Of a stretch of 64,000 nt of DNA, positions 1-13,585 are shown in pieces. The position numbers and the translations under genes were made by a program. The notes under the pieces were generated by a model. That model did no database searches, was not told the origin of the DNA, and saw nothing but the letters and a program-made list of their open reading frames with translations. Source of the DNA: Neophaeotheca triangularis (lineage: Eukaryota); the NCBI GenBank assembly GCA_054600435.1, contig BAAIJX010000001.1:1116001-1180000 (forward strand), given 5' to 3'. How positions within the stretch are numbered: position 1 is the first letter of the stretch; each line of letters starts with the position of its first letter.

Positions 1-346
1 CAACATAAGAATAATCCCTGATGTGGTCTGAAAGTAGGCAAGGTAGTCTGAAAGTATAGGTAGGTAGTAGGGACATGGAAGTTTTTCTGACGCGAAGTTG
101 CGACGTTTACAGCGGGTCGCTGACTGGCCAAAGGCGGGAAGGCGGCCGTTGCGGGCGCTAGCGCGTCGTGCAAAATTGCCAAGGCTCTCCTGGTGCGTGG
201 ATAAGTTAAAAGCAACAACGCCGGCCGCTGGCTTCGGCTCAGCTTCACCTCATCATATCCGCCGCCCTCGACTCCAGGCTGCCTGCAACTGTCCCCCTCG
301 ACGCTCATTGGCCGGCTGGCTAGCTAAGGTCACGTGCATTCACTCA

Positions 347-373
347 TACTACTACTGCTACTACTACTACTAC
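347..373. repeat. (CTA)n microsatellite upstream of MOT1
   Basis: tactactactgctactactactactac seen directly. Confidence 0.85.
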
Positions 374-569
374 ACGCATGACAACGGCAAACCACCCTCT
401 CTCTCTAACCTGACTGAAAATACAGCACCATGAGTGAATGAATGTATGCCTTGCACGTCATGACGTCTGGTTGATTTCTCTTCCTCCATATTTTGCTGCA
501 TCTTCACCCGGCGTCTCACTTATCACGGCGTTCACAGTGCTCTAGGCAGAGCTATAATAGTCCTTCAAC

Positions 570-3500
570 ATGGCCGCTTCAAGGTTGGTACTATCTCTCT
601 TGCAAGCGATGACTGCCTATCGACAATACGTACAATTTACTGAGCCCAAGCAGACTTGACCGCCTTGTTACATTACTGGAGACTGGCAGTACCCAACTCA
701 TTCGAAACACTGCCGCACAACAACTATCCGATGTTCAGAAAAATCACCCTGACGAGCTCTTTAACCTACTAACCCGCGTTGTGCCGTACTTGCGATCGCC
801 GTCGTGGGATACCAGAACTGCTGCCGCCAAAGCCATCGGTGGTATCGTGGAGCATGCCGAGAAATTCGACCCCAACGCCACACTCGATGACGACCCTAAA
901 CCAGAGTCCGACGATGCCAACGGCGGCGGCGTGGCCGTCAAGAGCGAAGACCACCTTACGCCAACGGGGGCGCCGGAGCAGCTTCAACTTGCCACTTTGG
1001 ACGTTGAAGCAATCTTAACCAACGGCAAGGAGCTTTTGGGTAGCGCTGGAAAACAGTATGATTTCCGCCTTGCTGGCCTCAATCCATCGGAACGACTTGC
1101 GCATCAAAAGAAGAGTCTTACTGCTCGTCTCGGACTTGGAGGCGAATATATGGAAGACGACCTTGTAAACGAAAAGGATATCGCGATTCGGCCAGGCTCG
1201 TTCTCGCAATCAAACAAGCTACCGGAACTCAAAACGGAAGTATCACACCCTCAATCCGGAAGCGATGACGCTTTGGTCAAGTCACCTGAGGAGCAGGCAC
1301 CACAGACTCCCTCCACCGAGATGAGCAAACGCCAGCTCAACATGCTCAAGCGCCGCCGGAAGGAAGAGCTCAAGCGCGACAACAAAAAATTCAAATACGA
1401 TTTTGCCGGCCCCCGGAAAGAGAGTACACAGGTCTCGCAGACCCCGATTGGAAGCGATGACAAGCAGGAAATCAAACCAGATCCTGATGCGAACGGCAAT
1501 GGTGATTACCTCAGTCTTGATCGCAAGGGACCTGACGATGACTCGAAAGTCGTCTCTGAGTTCAAGGGCATGCCTGTGCAGGAGAAGTCGACGCTCGTCG
1601 CTGACGAAGAGGAGTCCGGTAACGAGTGGCCGTTTGACCGACTGTGCGAGTTTTTGACCGTGGACCTTTTCGACCCGCAATGGGAGATTCGGCATGGCGC
1701 TGCCATGGGGTTACGAGAGATTGTGCGTTCTCATGGTGCCGGCGCTGGTCGGCAAGTCGACAAGACTCGCGAGGAGAATGACAAACTCAACTGCGCCTGG
1801 CTGGAAGATCTGGCTTGCAGGATATGTTGCGTCTTCATGCTCGATCGATTCGCTGACTACGTTTCCGATAATGCCGTGGCGCCGATCAGAGAGACGGCTG
1901 GACAGGTCCTGGGATCGGTGTTGCAGTATCTACCCGCGTCGTCGGTTCGCGATATAAATCGCATACTCTACCGCCTGGTGATGCAGCGGGACCTCAAAGT
2001 CTCGAGGCGTATTTGGCATGCTTGCCACGGCGGCATGATCGGGATGCGCTACCTTGTAGCTGTAAGGACAGATCTACTCTTCAAAGACCGCTCACTTATG
2101 GATGGCGTTCTCGAGTGTGTCATTAAAGGCTTGGGCGACGCTGACGACGACGTGCGTGCTGTGGGCGCTTCTACGCTTATCCCGGTTGCGAAGGAGTTTG
2201 TCGACTTGCACAAAGACGAGCTGAGTCATTTGATCAAAACTGTTTGGGAGTGTCTTTCGACCCTGAGCGACGACCTGAGCGCAAGTACCGGGTCTGTCAT
2301 GGATCTACTGGCCAAGCTTTGCAGTTTCCCGGAAGTGCTCGATGCCATGAAGAGGAACGCTGCAACGGATGAGGAGCAATCTTTCAACGAACTCGTGCCG
2401 CGGCTTTACCCTTTTCTTCGCCACACAATCACTTCCGTACGCTCTGCTGTGCTTCGTGCACTTCTCACTTTTATAAACATCGAAGGCAGCGACACCAAAG
2501 GCTGGATCAACGGGAAGGCACTTCGCCTCGTATACCAAAACCTACTTGTCGAGCGCAATGAGGGAGTAGCAAAACTGTCGCTTGAGGTGTGGAATGCATT
2601 ATCGACTGCTCTCTCCTCTCGCAGTGCTACGGCCTTCAAAGAGGAGTTCGAGCCACATCTACTCCCACTTGTCACTCTGACCATCCATCCAATCGGTGTC
2701 AGCCGCAACCCGATACCCATGGACTCAACACTCTTCGTCAAGCCCTCGGGCCACTCCTTTGCTCCCCTCGCCACTGCCCACCGTGCTTCCCCTGCCAACG
2801 GCACAGAGCAGCCCTCAAAGAAACGTCGCAGGTCAGAAAAGAAAGAAGCTGCCGCTATTCCTCAGGCTTCCACCTCCCACAACATCGACGCAGCTATCAT
2901 GATGGGCGACGTCGACCTCGTGACTACCGAGGTCATGGTCCGAAGCAAGATCCTCAGCACTCGAGCTCTTGGCACGGCCATGACCCTCTGGCCGGTAGAG
3001 GAACGCGCAGCACACTTCAGCCCCATACTCCTTCCACACTTAAAGTCCGCCTACTCCTCCACTCAAGTCTTCACAGCCATGGCTTTCGAGGCTTTCGCCA
3101 GCAAGCTACCTGCAGCAGACAACCTAGCGTCGGCAGCGATTCCTGAGCTCCGCCATCTAGTCGAAGACGAGCGACCCTCATCTTACACCGATATGGTCAG
3201 CTACCTCCGCGTAGCCCGCGCACAATGCCAACAACTCCTCAACGCCTTCCAAGACCACGCGCACGTTTCCGGGGGTAAACTCCCCGTCATTGCTGTCATT
3301 TGCCAAGGCGAGCCAGACGCGGGTAAGAACGCTTTCTCGCTCGCCGACGCTGAGAAGATCATCTCGCAAGATTACGAGAGGTTGAAGAAGGGCCTGTCGA
3401 CGGTGCAGAAGATGACGAGCGCGGAACCCCTGAACAATGCCAGAACTGACGCCGAGACGGCTATTAATGAGGCTCTGGGTTCGAAGAGAGTCTGCGATAT

Positions 3501-6393
3501 GCGGGTTCGATCGACTGCAGCGAGTGCGTTGGTTGCTTTTAGGGATGTCCCAAAGAAGCCGCAGCTTGTGATCAAAGGTATCATGGACAGCGTCAAAGAG
3601 GAGGAGAATGTGGATCTGCAGCATCGGTCTGCTTCGGCTATTGCGAGCCTGGTCGGGCGTCTCGTCGAAGCGGATCGTCAAAAGGTTGTGGAAAAGGTTG
3701 TTGGCAACCTGGTCAAGTTTTGCTGTCAGGAGACGGGCGAGACGCCGGTCTTCCACCTGCATGCGACGAGAGAGGTGGATTTGTTGTCCCTTCACAAGGA
3801 TGAGGATGTTCAAGACGGAGCCGACGCGGCGAAACATCAGCGTGAGGTCAAGGCTGCTCGCATCACACGGCGCGGTGCAAAGGATGGTTTGGAACAGCTT
3901 TGCAGGAACTTTGGCGCTGAGCTTTTCACCAAGGTGCCGAAGCTCCGCGGGCTCATTGAGGATCCAGTCAGGCATTGCTTTACGGCTGAGCTGCCGGCCA
4001 ACATTTCCGATACCGAGGGCACTCTTGGCCAAGAAGTGGTCGATGCCATGTCCACGCTGCGAGCGCTCGTGGCGTCCTTGGATCCAACCTTACACTCTTG
4101 GGTTATGGAGTTGCTGCCTTTGGTCGTCAACGCTATGCAGAGCAAGCTCGCCGTGCTACGTTACACTGCTGCGAAATGCTTCGCCAGCGTCTGTAGCGTC
4201 GTCACGGTCCCCGGTTTCACCATGTTGGTGGAGAGAGTCTTGCCTCCTATCGACGACGCTCACGAGGTCGTCCTGCGACAAGGCGCCGTAGAATGCATTT
4301 ACCACCTCATCCAAGTCATGGGAGATGGGATCCTACCCTATGTCATTTTCCTGCTCTCGCCAGTCTTAGGTCGCATGAGCGACTCCGACCCAGGCGTCCG
4401 CCTGATAGCCACGACCTCCTTCGCCACCCTCGTCAAACTCGTGCCACTTGAAGCAGGTATACCAGACCCACCGGGCCTGCCACAAAGCCTCCTCGAAGGC
4501 CGCGAAAGCCAGCGAAAATTCATCAACCAAATGCTCGACCCGAAGAAAGTCGAGCCCTTCTCCATTCCCGTCGCCATCAAGGCTGAACTGCGATCCTATC
4601 AGCAAGATGGCGTGAATTGGCTGGCTTTTCTCAATCGCTACAACTTGCACGGCGTGCTTTGTGACGACATGGGGCTGGGCAAGACTTTGCAAACCTTGTG
4701 TATCGTTGCGAGCGATCATCACATGCGTCAAGAGGAGTATGCCAAGACTGGAGCATCGAAAGTCAGGCGTCTGCCGAGTCTGATCGTCTGCCCGCCTACG
4801 CTCACTGGGCATTGGAAGCAGGAGATCAAGCAGTATGCCCCTTTTCTGACACCCGTTGCGTATGTTGGCCCACCAGCGGAGCGAAGCAAAGTACGCCAGA
4901 TGCTTGCGGAGGCGGACATTGTGATTACCTCCTACGATATTGCACGTAATGATGTCGAGATCCTCGCGCCGATCAATTGGAACTACTGCGTCCTGGATGA
5001 AGGACACCTAATCAAGAACCCAAAAGCAAAGGTCACCCAGGCCGTGAAGCGATTTGCTACCAACCATCGCCTTATCCTCTCCGGCACGCCGATTCAAAAC
5101 AACGTCCTTGAGTTGTGGTCGCTGTTCGACTTCCTCATGCCCGGCTTCCTCGGAACCGAAAACGTCTTCCAGGACCGTTTCGCCAAACCCATCGCCGCAA
5201 GCCGTTTCGCCAAGTCCTCCTCCAAAGAGCAAGAAGCCGGCGCCCTGGCCATAGAATCCCTACACAAGCAAGTTCTTCCCTTCCTCTTACGCCGCCTGAA
5301 AGAAGAAGTCCTCAACGACCTCCCACCCAAAATTTTACAAAACTACTACTGCGACCTCTCGGACTTGCAGAAAAAGCTTTTTGAAGACTTCACCCGCAAG
5401 GAATCAAAATCCCTCACCGACATGGCCAGCTCCGGCGACAAAGAAGCCAAACAACACATCTTCCAAGCACTGCAATACATGCGCAAACTCTGCAACTCGC
5501 CGGCCATGGTGATGAAAGAAACCCACAAGCAATACGCCGCGACACAAGCCCTATTGGCCAAGCAAAACACCTCTCTCACCGACCCAATTCACGCGCCCAA
5601 ACTCGGTGCCCTCCGCGACCTCCTCGTCGACTGCGGCATCGGCTCCACCGCGCCCTCCGACCCCAACCCCTCCTCCGCCGCCAACAATACATCCATAGTC
5701 CCCACAGCCGACCAAGCAGTCTCCCAACACCGCGCCCTAATCTTCTGCCAAATGAAAGAAATGCTTGATATGGTCGAACACAGCGTCCTCCGCAAAATGC
5801 TACCCTCGGTAACCTTTGCACGCCTCGACGGCTCAGTGGAAGCAAGCAAACGCCAAGACATTGTCAACAATTTCAACTCGGACCCTTCAATCGACTGCCT
5901 CTTACTCACAACCTCGGTCGGCGGTCTCGGCCTCAACTTGACCGGCGCCGACACCGTCATCTTTGTCGAGCACGACTGGAACCCGCAGAAGGACTTGCAA
6001 GCCATGGACCGCGCGCACCGCATTGGACAACGCAAAGTCGTCAACGTCTACCGCCTCATCACACGCGGCACTCTCGAGGAGAAGATTCTGAACTTGCAGC
6101 GGTTTAAAATGGACGTGGCGAGCACGGTCGTCAACCAGCAGAATGCCGGCTTGGGGAGTATGCAGACTGAGCAGATTTTGGACTTGTTCAATCTCGGGGA
6201 GAGTGAGGGCGTTGATGAGGGTCCCAAGGGTCCTGGAGAGGTGGTCGGCGAGGAGAATGCCGTGGATGCCGAGGGCAATGTCAAGGAGAAGGGGAAGAAG
6301 GGGGTGTTGGATGAGTTGAGTGAGCTTTGGGATGAGCGGCAGTATGAGGAGGAGTTTAGTTTGGATGGGTTTTTGAAGAGTATGAAGGCTTAG
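570..6393 (+). CDS. MOT1: TATA-binding protein-associated Snf2-family ATPase Mot1/BTAF1
   Basis: Exon 1 570-583 (ATGGCCGCTTCAAG) and intron 584-653 (GT..CTGAG..CAG) give the Mot1 N-terminus MAASRLDRLVTLLETGST. HEAT-repeat region, then helicase motifs LCDDMGLGKT, DEGH, SGTPIQNN, HDWNPQKDLQAMDRAHRIGQ. The true start is upstream of the ORF-track start at 781. Confidence 0.96.
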
Positions 6394-6889
6394 TGTGGAT
6401 GAGGGTCAGGGTTTGCGTAGGACAAGTTTGAAAGATACATGAGGAGGCGAAGACGGCGTTGTCTTGAGCTGTCTGTCCCGTGCGGATGGAACTGAGACTG
6501 CATAAATAACAGGGCGTTTTCCCCCCTGCTGTTCAAGGGAGAATAGAGCATAGCATCATACTGTGTGGCGTCAGCACGAACTGTCGTCTTTTGTATCATA
6601 TCAACATCGATCATCCAAAATCACCTCGACCCCTTCCTCAGCGTTCCAATCCAATCCGACTGCCCAAACCCTTTCAACTGCAATCCACTGATGAATACGA
6701 ACCCAAAGTCACAGTCTCGCCCCACCCCACAGATCCCAGGGACGTTTACTCCAACTCGTTGCCAGGATATGTACAAGATACCTCGGGCCGAACCCAAAGA
6801 CCTGGTGCCAGCTCGCCTTCCATATGTGTTTACAAAAGCACAAGACAAAGCTTGTAGGTATCAAATGGCCATTCACTTCCGTCCGCCGA

Positions 6890-7100
6890 CTGACCTACCT
6901 ACCTACATGATTGACTGTCTACTTGCCCAGCTACCTGCCTACCCACCCACCTGCATACCTATCTACCTACCTACCGACCTTACATCCCCTACATGCCCTA
7001 CCTCCCTACTTACCAACCAACCAATCAACCCAACCAACCAACCAACCAACCAACCAACCCATATCTACTCACACACCCACTCACCCACACACACCCAGAC
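6890..7100. repeat. Compound (CCTA)n/(CCAA)n/(CA)n simple-repeat tract
   Basis: Imperfect tandem cctacctacc, ccaaccaaccaa and acacac runs. These explain the low-complexity ORFs in this region. Confidence 0.85.
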
Positions 7101-7619
7101 CCCACACCAAGCAGGAACGAAAAAGCACCCAAGTGCCCAAGTACCCAAATCCCCCAAGTACCCAAATCCCCCAACCCCAGCAACAAAGGCCAAGGGAAAA
7201 AAACGAAAAAAAGAATCCAACACTCCCCATCTCCATCTCCATCTCCATCAAGCTCTCAACGCGACCCCAACGTACGTACTGTACGTACGGACGTACCCAC
7301 CACACCCACCCACACCTAAGAGCGCTCTCGGCGTAGCGTAGAGTAGAAAAGCATAGCACAACATGGCACGTAAAACCACAGAAACCCCCAGCCCAGAAAA
7401 CCACAGCACAGCGGAAAGCAAGTGTAAACCTACTATATATAAGTTAACTCACACCTTCCTCGACATCCACAAAAACAAAAAATCCCCCAAACGGTTCGTC
7501 ACAAATGATTACTCGAAAGCACCCCGCTTTTGCACTCGAAAGCCGATGGAAGCAATCGGCACAAATGCAACGAAAAGATAGCTGTTGTACGGTTGCTTCG
7601 CGGGAGTAAGAATAGAACC

Positions 7620-7634
7620 AAAAAAAAAAAAAAA
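7620..7634 (-). terminator. RNA polymerase III oligo-T terminator of the 5S gene
   Basis: A run of about 15 A on the + strand (T on the - strand) lies immediately 3' of the 5S sequence. Confidence 0.88.
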
Positions 7635-7753
7635 ACATACAACAGGTGGGATTCCCACGTGGTCACCCACCGTAGTACTAGTCACCCGCTTCAGTGCTTG
7701 AACATGGCAGAGCGGACGGGATGCCTTAGATTCACTGAGCTGTGGTCGTATGT
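7635..7753 (-). rRNA. 5S ribosomal RNA (dispersed copy)
   Basis: Reverse complement reads ACATACGACCACAGCTCAGTGAATCTAAGGCATCCCGTCCGCTCTGCC...CTAGTACTACGGTGGGTGACCACGTGGGAATCCCACCTGTTGTATGT, 119 nt. It has the typical ascomycete 5S termini and conserved CCCGTCCGCTC and TAGTA/GAA motifs. Confidence 0.96.
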
Positions 7754-7775
7754 AGAGGCAGTTATTGGCAATACG

Positions 7776-7782
7776 TATATAA
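7776..7782 (-). promoter_or_regulatory. TATA-like element upstream of the 5S gene
   Basis: TTATATA at -29 to -23 from the 5S start, the position known for dispersed 5S genes of filamentous fungi. Confidence 0.65.
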
Positions 7783-8431
7783 CCTAATTCAAAATTTCTC
7801 TTAGCGGAGGGCGACGGATGTTCACCCCCATGTTTCGGCCGTAGTCCTCGCTCTTATATATGTTAGACCTCGTTAGGGTATTCTAGGGGAGGCGCGGGCC
7901 AAACTAGAGAAAATCAAAAATCAAAAAAAACATAGGCGAATCAACACATCCACAGTCTCAACCAATCAACAAGTGAGGAAACGAGAAAACTTGCCACTAC
8001 GAGCAGATCATCTCGCATTAGCCACTGTACAGTACAAGACGGTAGTCAAAGAAAAAGAGAAGAAAAAAAAATTGACAGCCAAGGCCGCTCACCCTTCCTT
8101 TCAAGCCGCGAGAAGAGACAGCGAGCAATCACGTCGACTACCCTAATAGATAAAGTCAAAAAACTCCGTCTAACCCATGTCTATCTATATCCATGTCCAT
8201 GCCCGTCCGCATCCCGTGTCTTCCACGTCGTCAAAAACAGCTTCGGGACAGACCCCCGATCGACGTGTGCGCTCGAGTAGACAGCGAGAAGGAACATAAT
8301 AATAATAATAGCAATCGAAACTGGTTTGTGCTTGTGCGTATCGTAAACGTAAGAAAAAGAAATCCGGATTCCAAAGACGTCGCTCGGGCGCTGTCGAGTC
8401 GGAGAGTCAGTCGCTTGCTCCCATTCGGTGC

Positions 8432-8433
8432 GG

Positions 8434-8465
<32 letters not shown>

Positions 8466-8474
8466 TAGGTAGGT
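8432..8474. repeat. (GGCA)n then (GGTA)n microsatellite
   Basis: About 8 GGCA units followed by GGTA units. Confidence 0.9.
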
Positions 8475-8646
8475 GGGGAGGTGGGTGGGTGGTGTGAAGA
8501 AGGGGGAATAACCCACCCACCCACCAGCCAGCAAAGGAGCACTGCACTCCCGTTTTCTCTTGCGCGCAACGACTCCATGAAAACCAACACCGACAGCTTA
8601 ATGACAGAACGCACGCGGGGAAAGCTTCTCTTGACGAGGGCAATCA

Positions 8647-11446
8647 TCAACGACCCCAAGCCCCACCACCCGCTCCAGCGCCAGCAGTAGCCGAAGCCGC
8701 GAGATGGTTGCCTCGGTGAAACGCGCCAATCGGCTGGAAACCCCTAAAACCCACGAAAAAGCATCGGTCAGCGGACAAGGTCCAAAAAAAGGAAAAAGAA
8801 AAGGGTTGGTAGGTTCGCTGCACTCTAAAGGAAAGAGCGGACCTTCGTGACTTCGCGAGGGGATCCTGTCGGCATAGCCGTTGTAGCGGAAGGGGTTCAG
8901 GGGGGGCCATACTTTACCAAATCGATGCCTTCGTCGTCGTCGTCTTGGGTAGTCGTTGGGAAACCCGTGCCAGCGGTAGGTTCGAAAGCGGGGTTGGTGT
9001 GGTAGCTTGGGTCGACGGAGTTACGAGCAGCATCCGTCGTGGTGTAATTCTTGCCATTGCCGCTGGGAGTCTCGTCCCCAGCGCGCGCTTCGTGCATCTC
9101 CCGCGACAGGATGTCGTCGACGTTTTGCTGCGTGGAGATCGAGCTGCGCGGTTGTTGCTGATGTTGGGGGTGCTGGGCTTGGTCTTGGTGGGTGTGGACT
9201 TCGCTTGCGGTGTTTGGGCGAGAGGGCTCGGTTTCGGTAGCAGCGGTGGATTCGCGGCCAGAAGTCGCCATTTGGCTCAGAGTCTTGGCTACGGCGGTCG
9301 CGGGTCGGCTCAGGGTGGGACTAGCTTCGAGAGCGTTGCTGGCGCTGCTGGCGCGAGGGGGGCTGCTGGAGGGCACGACCGGGCTGTGTCGGGTAGTGGC
9401 TGCTCCGTCGGGGGCCGCGCTGGTGACGGCTTTGGCGTCGTGGTCTTCGGTTTCTGTGGCGGCGGTGTCAGGTTCGGTCGTTTGCGTGCTCTTTTTGAAC
9501 CCGGAAAAGGGCGTTTTGAGTGGGCTGAGGTCGTAGGGCTTGAAGGGAGTACTGCCGACCAAGCCGTCCATTTTCCAGAAGGGTGCTGGGCTGCTGAATT
9601 GGATGAAGTCGCTCGGACGCTTTAGAGTGCTAGGTGGGGCGAAACGCTGGGTTGGACGGAGTGGGAATGGAGTGTCAATTGGGCCGCCTCGGTTTTCCTC
9701 GTTGATATACAGGGCGGGGGGTGAGCCAGCGGCATTGGCTGCGGCAGTGAGTCCGTTGCGAGGGGTGGAGCGTGTCAAGAAGTCAACCTCTTGGCCATTT
9801 CCGTTGATGCCCAGTCCGATGCCACCTTCCATCTGTCCGCTTTCCGTACGTCTTGGGCCACGGTCTGGAGTGTAGGCCTCGGTCGCGGTAGGATAAGAAG
9901 GAGGGTTGTAACGTGCCAGAGGTGGTGTCGCTTGACGAACCCTCATTGGCAGAACTGGGCTGGACGGGGAATCCATAGTTGTCTGGGTAGCAGGCAACTG
10001 TACAGGACGCCTGCAGCCTTTCATACCCTGACTGACAAAGGTGTCGAATTCGCTGGCCTCAATCATCCATTTCATACCTTTGCCAGGCTCGTCAGTACGG
10101 CGGGCAATCTTTGTGAAAGCTTTGTTCAGAGAGAGGTTGTGACGGATGCTGTTCTGCCAGCCGCCAGTGTTGAATCGGTAGAAAGCGTAGTTGGCCATGA
10201 TGAATTTGTAGATGTTGCTGAGAGTCATTGCCTGCTCTTGAGTGCTTAAGATTGCCATCCCGATGAGTTGGGCGTACGAGTGCGGTGGCTTGAGATCTTT
10301 GGCCTGGTCTGATGAGTAGTCGATTGTTTCTGTGGACTCCATCATAACGCCACGCGAGTAGTTGGCAGCTGGCGAAGACTTTGGGAATGGGTACTGGTTG
10401 CGAAGCGGTGTGCCTGGAGGGGCTTGCATGGCAGCACGATGGGAATGCGGATGCATACGTTGCTGTTGCTGATGGTGCTCCTGCTGCTGTTGATGCTGCT
10501 GATGGCGGAAATCCGGCTGATAAAAGGACTGGTCTTGCAAATGACTGCGAGCCGGCGGGTGAGCGTGAGAGCGTCCATTTTGACCGTTTCGCATGTCGTC
10601 CTCGCCATCGTCGTCGTCTTCTGAAGACTTCTGCGCTTGTCTGATAATCGAAGCATCCCAGATAGGACCATCGCCTTCGTCAGTTGCTGTGGTGATGAAG
10701 GCCATTTGAACGCCGGCAATTTCAATGACGCTGCCGTTGCGCAGGTAGGACTTGGTTCCGCGCTTGAGTAGGTTGTTGTCGACTCGCACACCATTCCGGC
10801 CGTTGACAATGATCAGCCACTGCGCGCTGTCCGGGTCATAGGAGATGACAGCGTGAGACCTGGACACTTGACGATCCGGGCCGAGATCGATGTCGACGAC
10901 GGTCTTGTGGGATGGGGCCGTGTCCCTTCCTTGAGCATCCACTTCGAGTTTCTCCATGGCCTCCGGTCGTCCCACGTTGACCTCAACCTTTCTAATGATG
11001 AAGGCCCAGTCGCGACCGGCGATCTTACCATATCCCGGTACATTCTCCTGCCCCTCTAGCAAGTCGTTTGCAAAGTCTTCCGTGGCATTGACTTGCCTGT
11101 CCGGGGCCTTGAGGTGCTGGATGATTTCCTGCTCTGTTGGCACAGACGGGACTGTTTCGTCGTCAGTCTGCTCGTGCTCCGTGCCTTCGGTGTCCTCCTT
11201 TGTGACTTCACGAGTGTCTTTGGTCTTCCTCTTGGTGCTGCGCGTCTGGGATGTCGAAGCGGCCTCGCTGGCTCGGGCACGCTTCCTCGAGGTACGTGTT
11301 GGTGTTGGGATGGCCTCGGGAGTTTCGGCGTCGGAGGCTGCCTGTTGCTCCGGGGCTGGTGGTGCGGCAGGTGGTGCTGGTGCTGGTGGTGCGGCAGCGG
11401 GAGCCTTGCGAGCCTTGCCTTTGGCCTTGCGGCCTGACGGAGGCAT
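8647..11446 (-). CDS. FHA-domain forkhead transcription factor (Fkh1/Fkh2/Sep1-like)
   Basis: FHA domain (YGKIAGRDW..VGR..VSRSHAVI..GRNGVRVD) and forkhead domain (KPPHSYAQLI..WQNSIRHNLSLNKAF..PGKGMKW). Likely ATG at 11446 (MPPSGRK). Intron 8744-8912 (GTATGG..GCTGAC..TAG) joins IDLVK to a last exon GFQPIGAFHR..., stop at 8647. Confidence 0.92.
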
Positions 11447-12884
11447 CTCTAGCGAGTGTGTATGATGGGTGGAGGTGAATTGCAATTGCAATTGCAATGT
11501 TGAGGTTGATGGGTACTACTGAAACGAGGTGGATGGAGTTAGGTAGGTAGGCGTCGGGAACGCGCTTTCTGCCGTTGCGCGTGCGCACTCGGCGGGGCTT
11601 GACTTTTGGACAACAGCGGGCGTGAATGTAGATGATGAGGGCCAAAGAGGTTTCGTCGATACACGGGCAGTCGAGTTTAGTGCAAGCTCCGTGGGTTGCT
11701 GGGATTAGCGACGTGATGGTCGTCGATGTGGCCTGCCCAGGTGGTTGTCGTCGTGCCGGAGTCTCGACTGGACGTGCTAGACGTGCTAGACGTATGAGAA
11801 TTACCTAGTCCGACCCGATACGGTTTAGCTCGGGCGCTGGGATGACGCACAGTAAACAAACCGAACGGAACCTCCAGCTGGAAGGGACGGGATTTACCTT
11901 TACCTCTAGGTATGTAGTTTTACCAACCACAGACAGGCAGGCACCTAGGTACTAACTAGTAGGCAGTAGTAGGTACAGATGGAGGGAAAGCGCGACGCGC
12001 TCACCCGTCCCGCGCGAACTGCCCAACTGCACTTAACTTATCTCCCAAGACCGAGACCACGTGCAAGAGCAGCTCATTCGAGGAAAGGTTGTAACCTTGG
12101 GCCCTTTTGCGACCATCCATGTCAGAGAGCGACAACGATAAGGTGGATAATTGATGTCTCTGCTCAAACGTGCACGCAGTACTCCCCGATGACACCAGAC
12201 ATGTCTTTCTCGTAGCCACCTGCGTACTAGTACCTAGCACCTAAGGTAGGTATGAGGTGTACTGTACACGTTTTATCAAAGTATCCCACAGCTAGCGTCA
12301 AAAGATATCAGCAAATCACGGTTCACCACTCTTCCTTCACATACCAGAAATGGTTTTTATCCTGGTTCAATTTCATACGTTTTCTCAATTCCCTTGATCA
12401 ATATTAAACTAGGCATCTGGCAGCGATTTCTCGTCTCGTCTCGTCTCTTCTCGGGATGGATGAGGACCATGATGGCATCAAGTCTCGACACAGCATCCAT
12501 GGCCTGAGCGTGAGGTGCGCAAGGTGTTAGGTGAGTACTGTAGGTACCCCGACCTTGGCAGATTCGTATTTTTGGTACACGTGTACGCCACTGCCGACAT
12601 GTTCCCGTCGTTAGACTCCATCTCGTCCATCCACGTCCATGGCCCAAGTACCTACAAGTCAAGACAGAGTAGTGCATCAACTACCTCTTGTACCGCATTG
12701 ACAATACCTAGATATGCCATGCCTCGACCTACAAGTCAGAAGACGGACGTGTCTTCCGGCCATGTTCGGTGTCTCCTGCCTACTATTCTGCTGACTTTGC
12801 GAGTAAGAAGATACTAGCCGTGGACGTTCATGGCCCTAAGCTAGAAAAGTTGTTATTAGCCCTTGTCATAGTAGTAGTGTCTTC

Positions 12885-12907
12885 TTATTATTATTATTAT
12901 TATTATT
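12885..12907. repeat. (TTA)n microsatellite
   Basis: ttattattattattattattatt seen directly. Confidence 0.85.
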
Positions 12908-13585
12908 CACAGGACTCCCTTCTATTATTAGTGCCTGATAAAAGTTTAACAAGTCACTAATAACCCGGCGCCTCGTTCCGCTCCCGATGCCTTTCCCAAT
13001 CCTACCTAGGTACCACTCCCACCCACTCCCTCGACTCTCTCTCCCCGAGTCTGTCCCCTCGCCCTACTCAGGGCACCATGTTAATCGCACCCAAGAGCAA
13101 GGCATTGCTATCTCTGTTTACTGCCCTAAATCTCTGTTAAGCCTCTTTTGTGCCTCATCCGCACCTGCACATACCTAGACAAGGCAAATGCTGCTAGGAC
13201 ATCACTAGTCATGGTCCTCCATTCCTCCATTGCGGCCCGAGCATGGAGTTAAGGTAGGCAGAGGATACGGGCAGGTAAGGTATAATATCTGACAAACAAT
13301 AATAATACCTTGGGTAATAATAATCTTGGACCCTCTCCTCGTGCTACTGCAACCCTATCGCCACACTAAACTCGCCGTATCCTTGCACCACCAACTGCTC
13401 TGCTAACGTGGATGCTTGCCGTTTCTGCCACGTCTAATATAACTAACCCCTCCATTCTATATCATCACTGTGATGCATCATCAACTACCACGGCCCATCT
13501 AACTGTCATTCTGACCTTCGGCAGCGCAATTGCTGCACGCCTCCTGTTTTCGCCGGTTCCCTGTCTCGACCAAATAGCAACCCGA

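Noticed and set aside
6565..7341. 258-aa ORF and overlapping frames downstream of MOT1
   Set aside because: They are built from CCTA/CCAA/CA microsatellites that lack stop codons and are not protein-like.
12780..13340. TA-rich patches as a possible RIP-mutated transposon relic
   Set aside because: The patches are short and mostly explained by (TTA)n/(TAA)n runs. No terminal repeats or transposase/RT remnants are visible.
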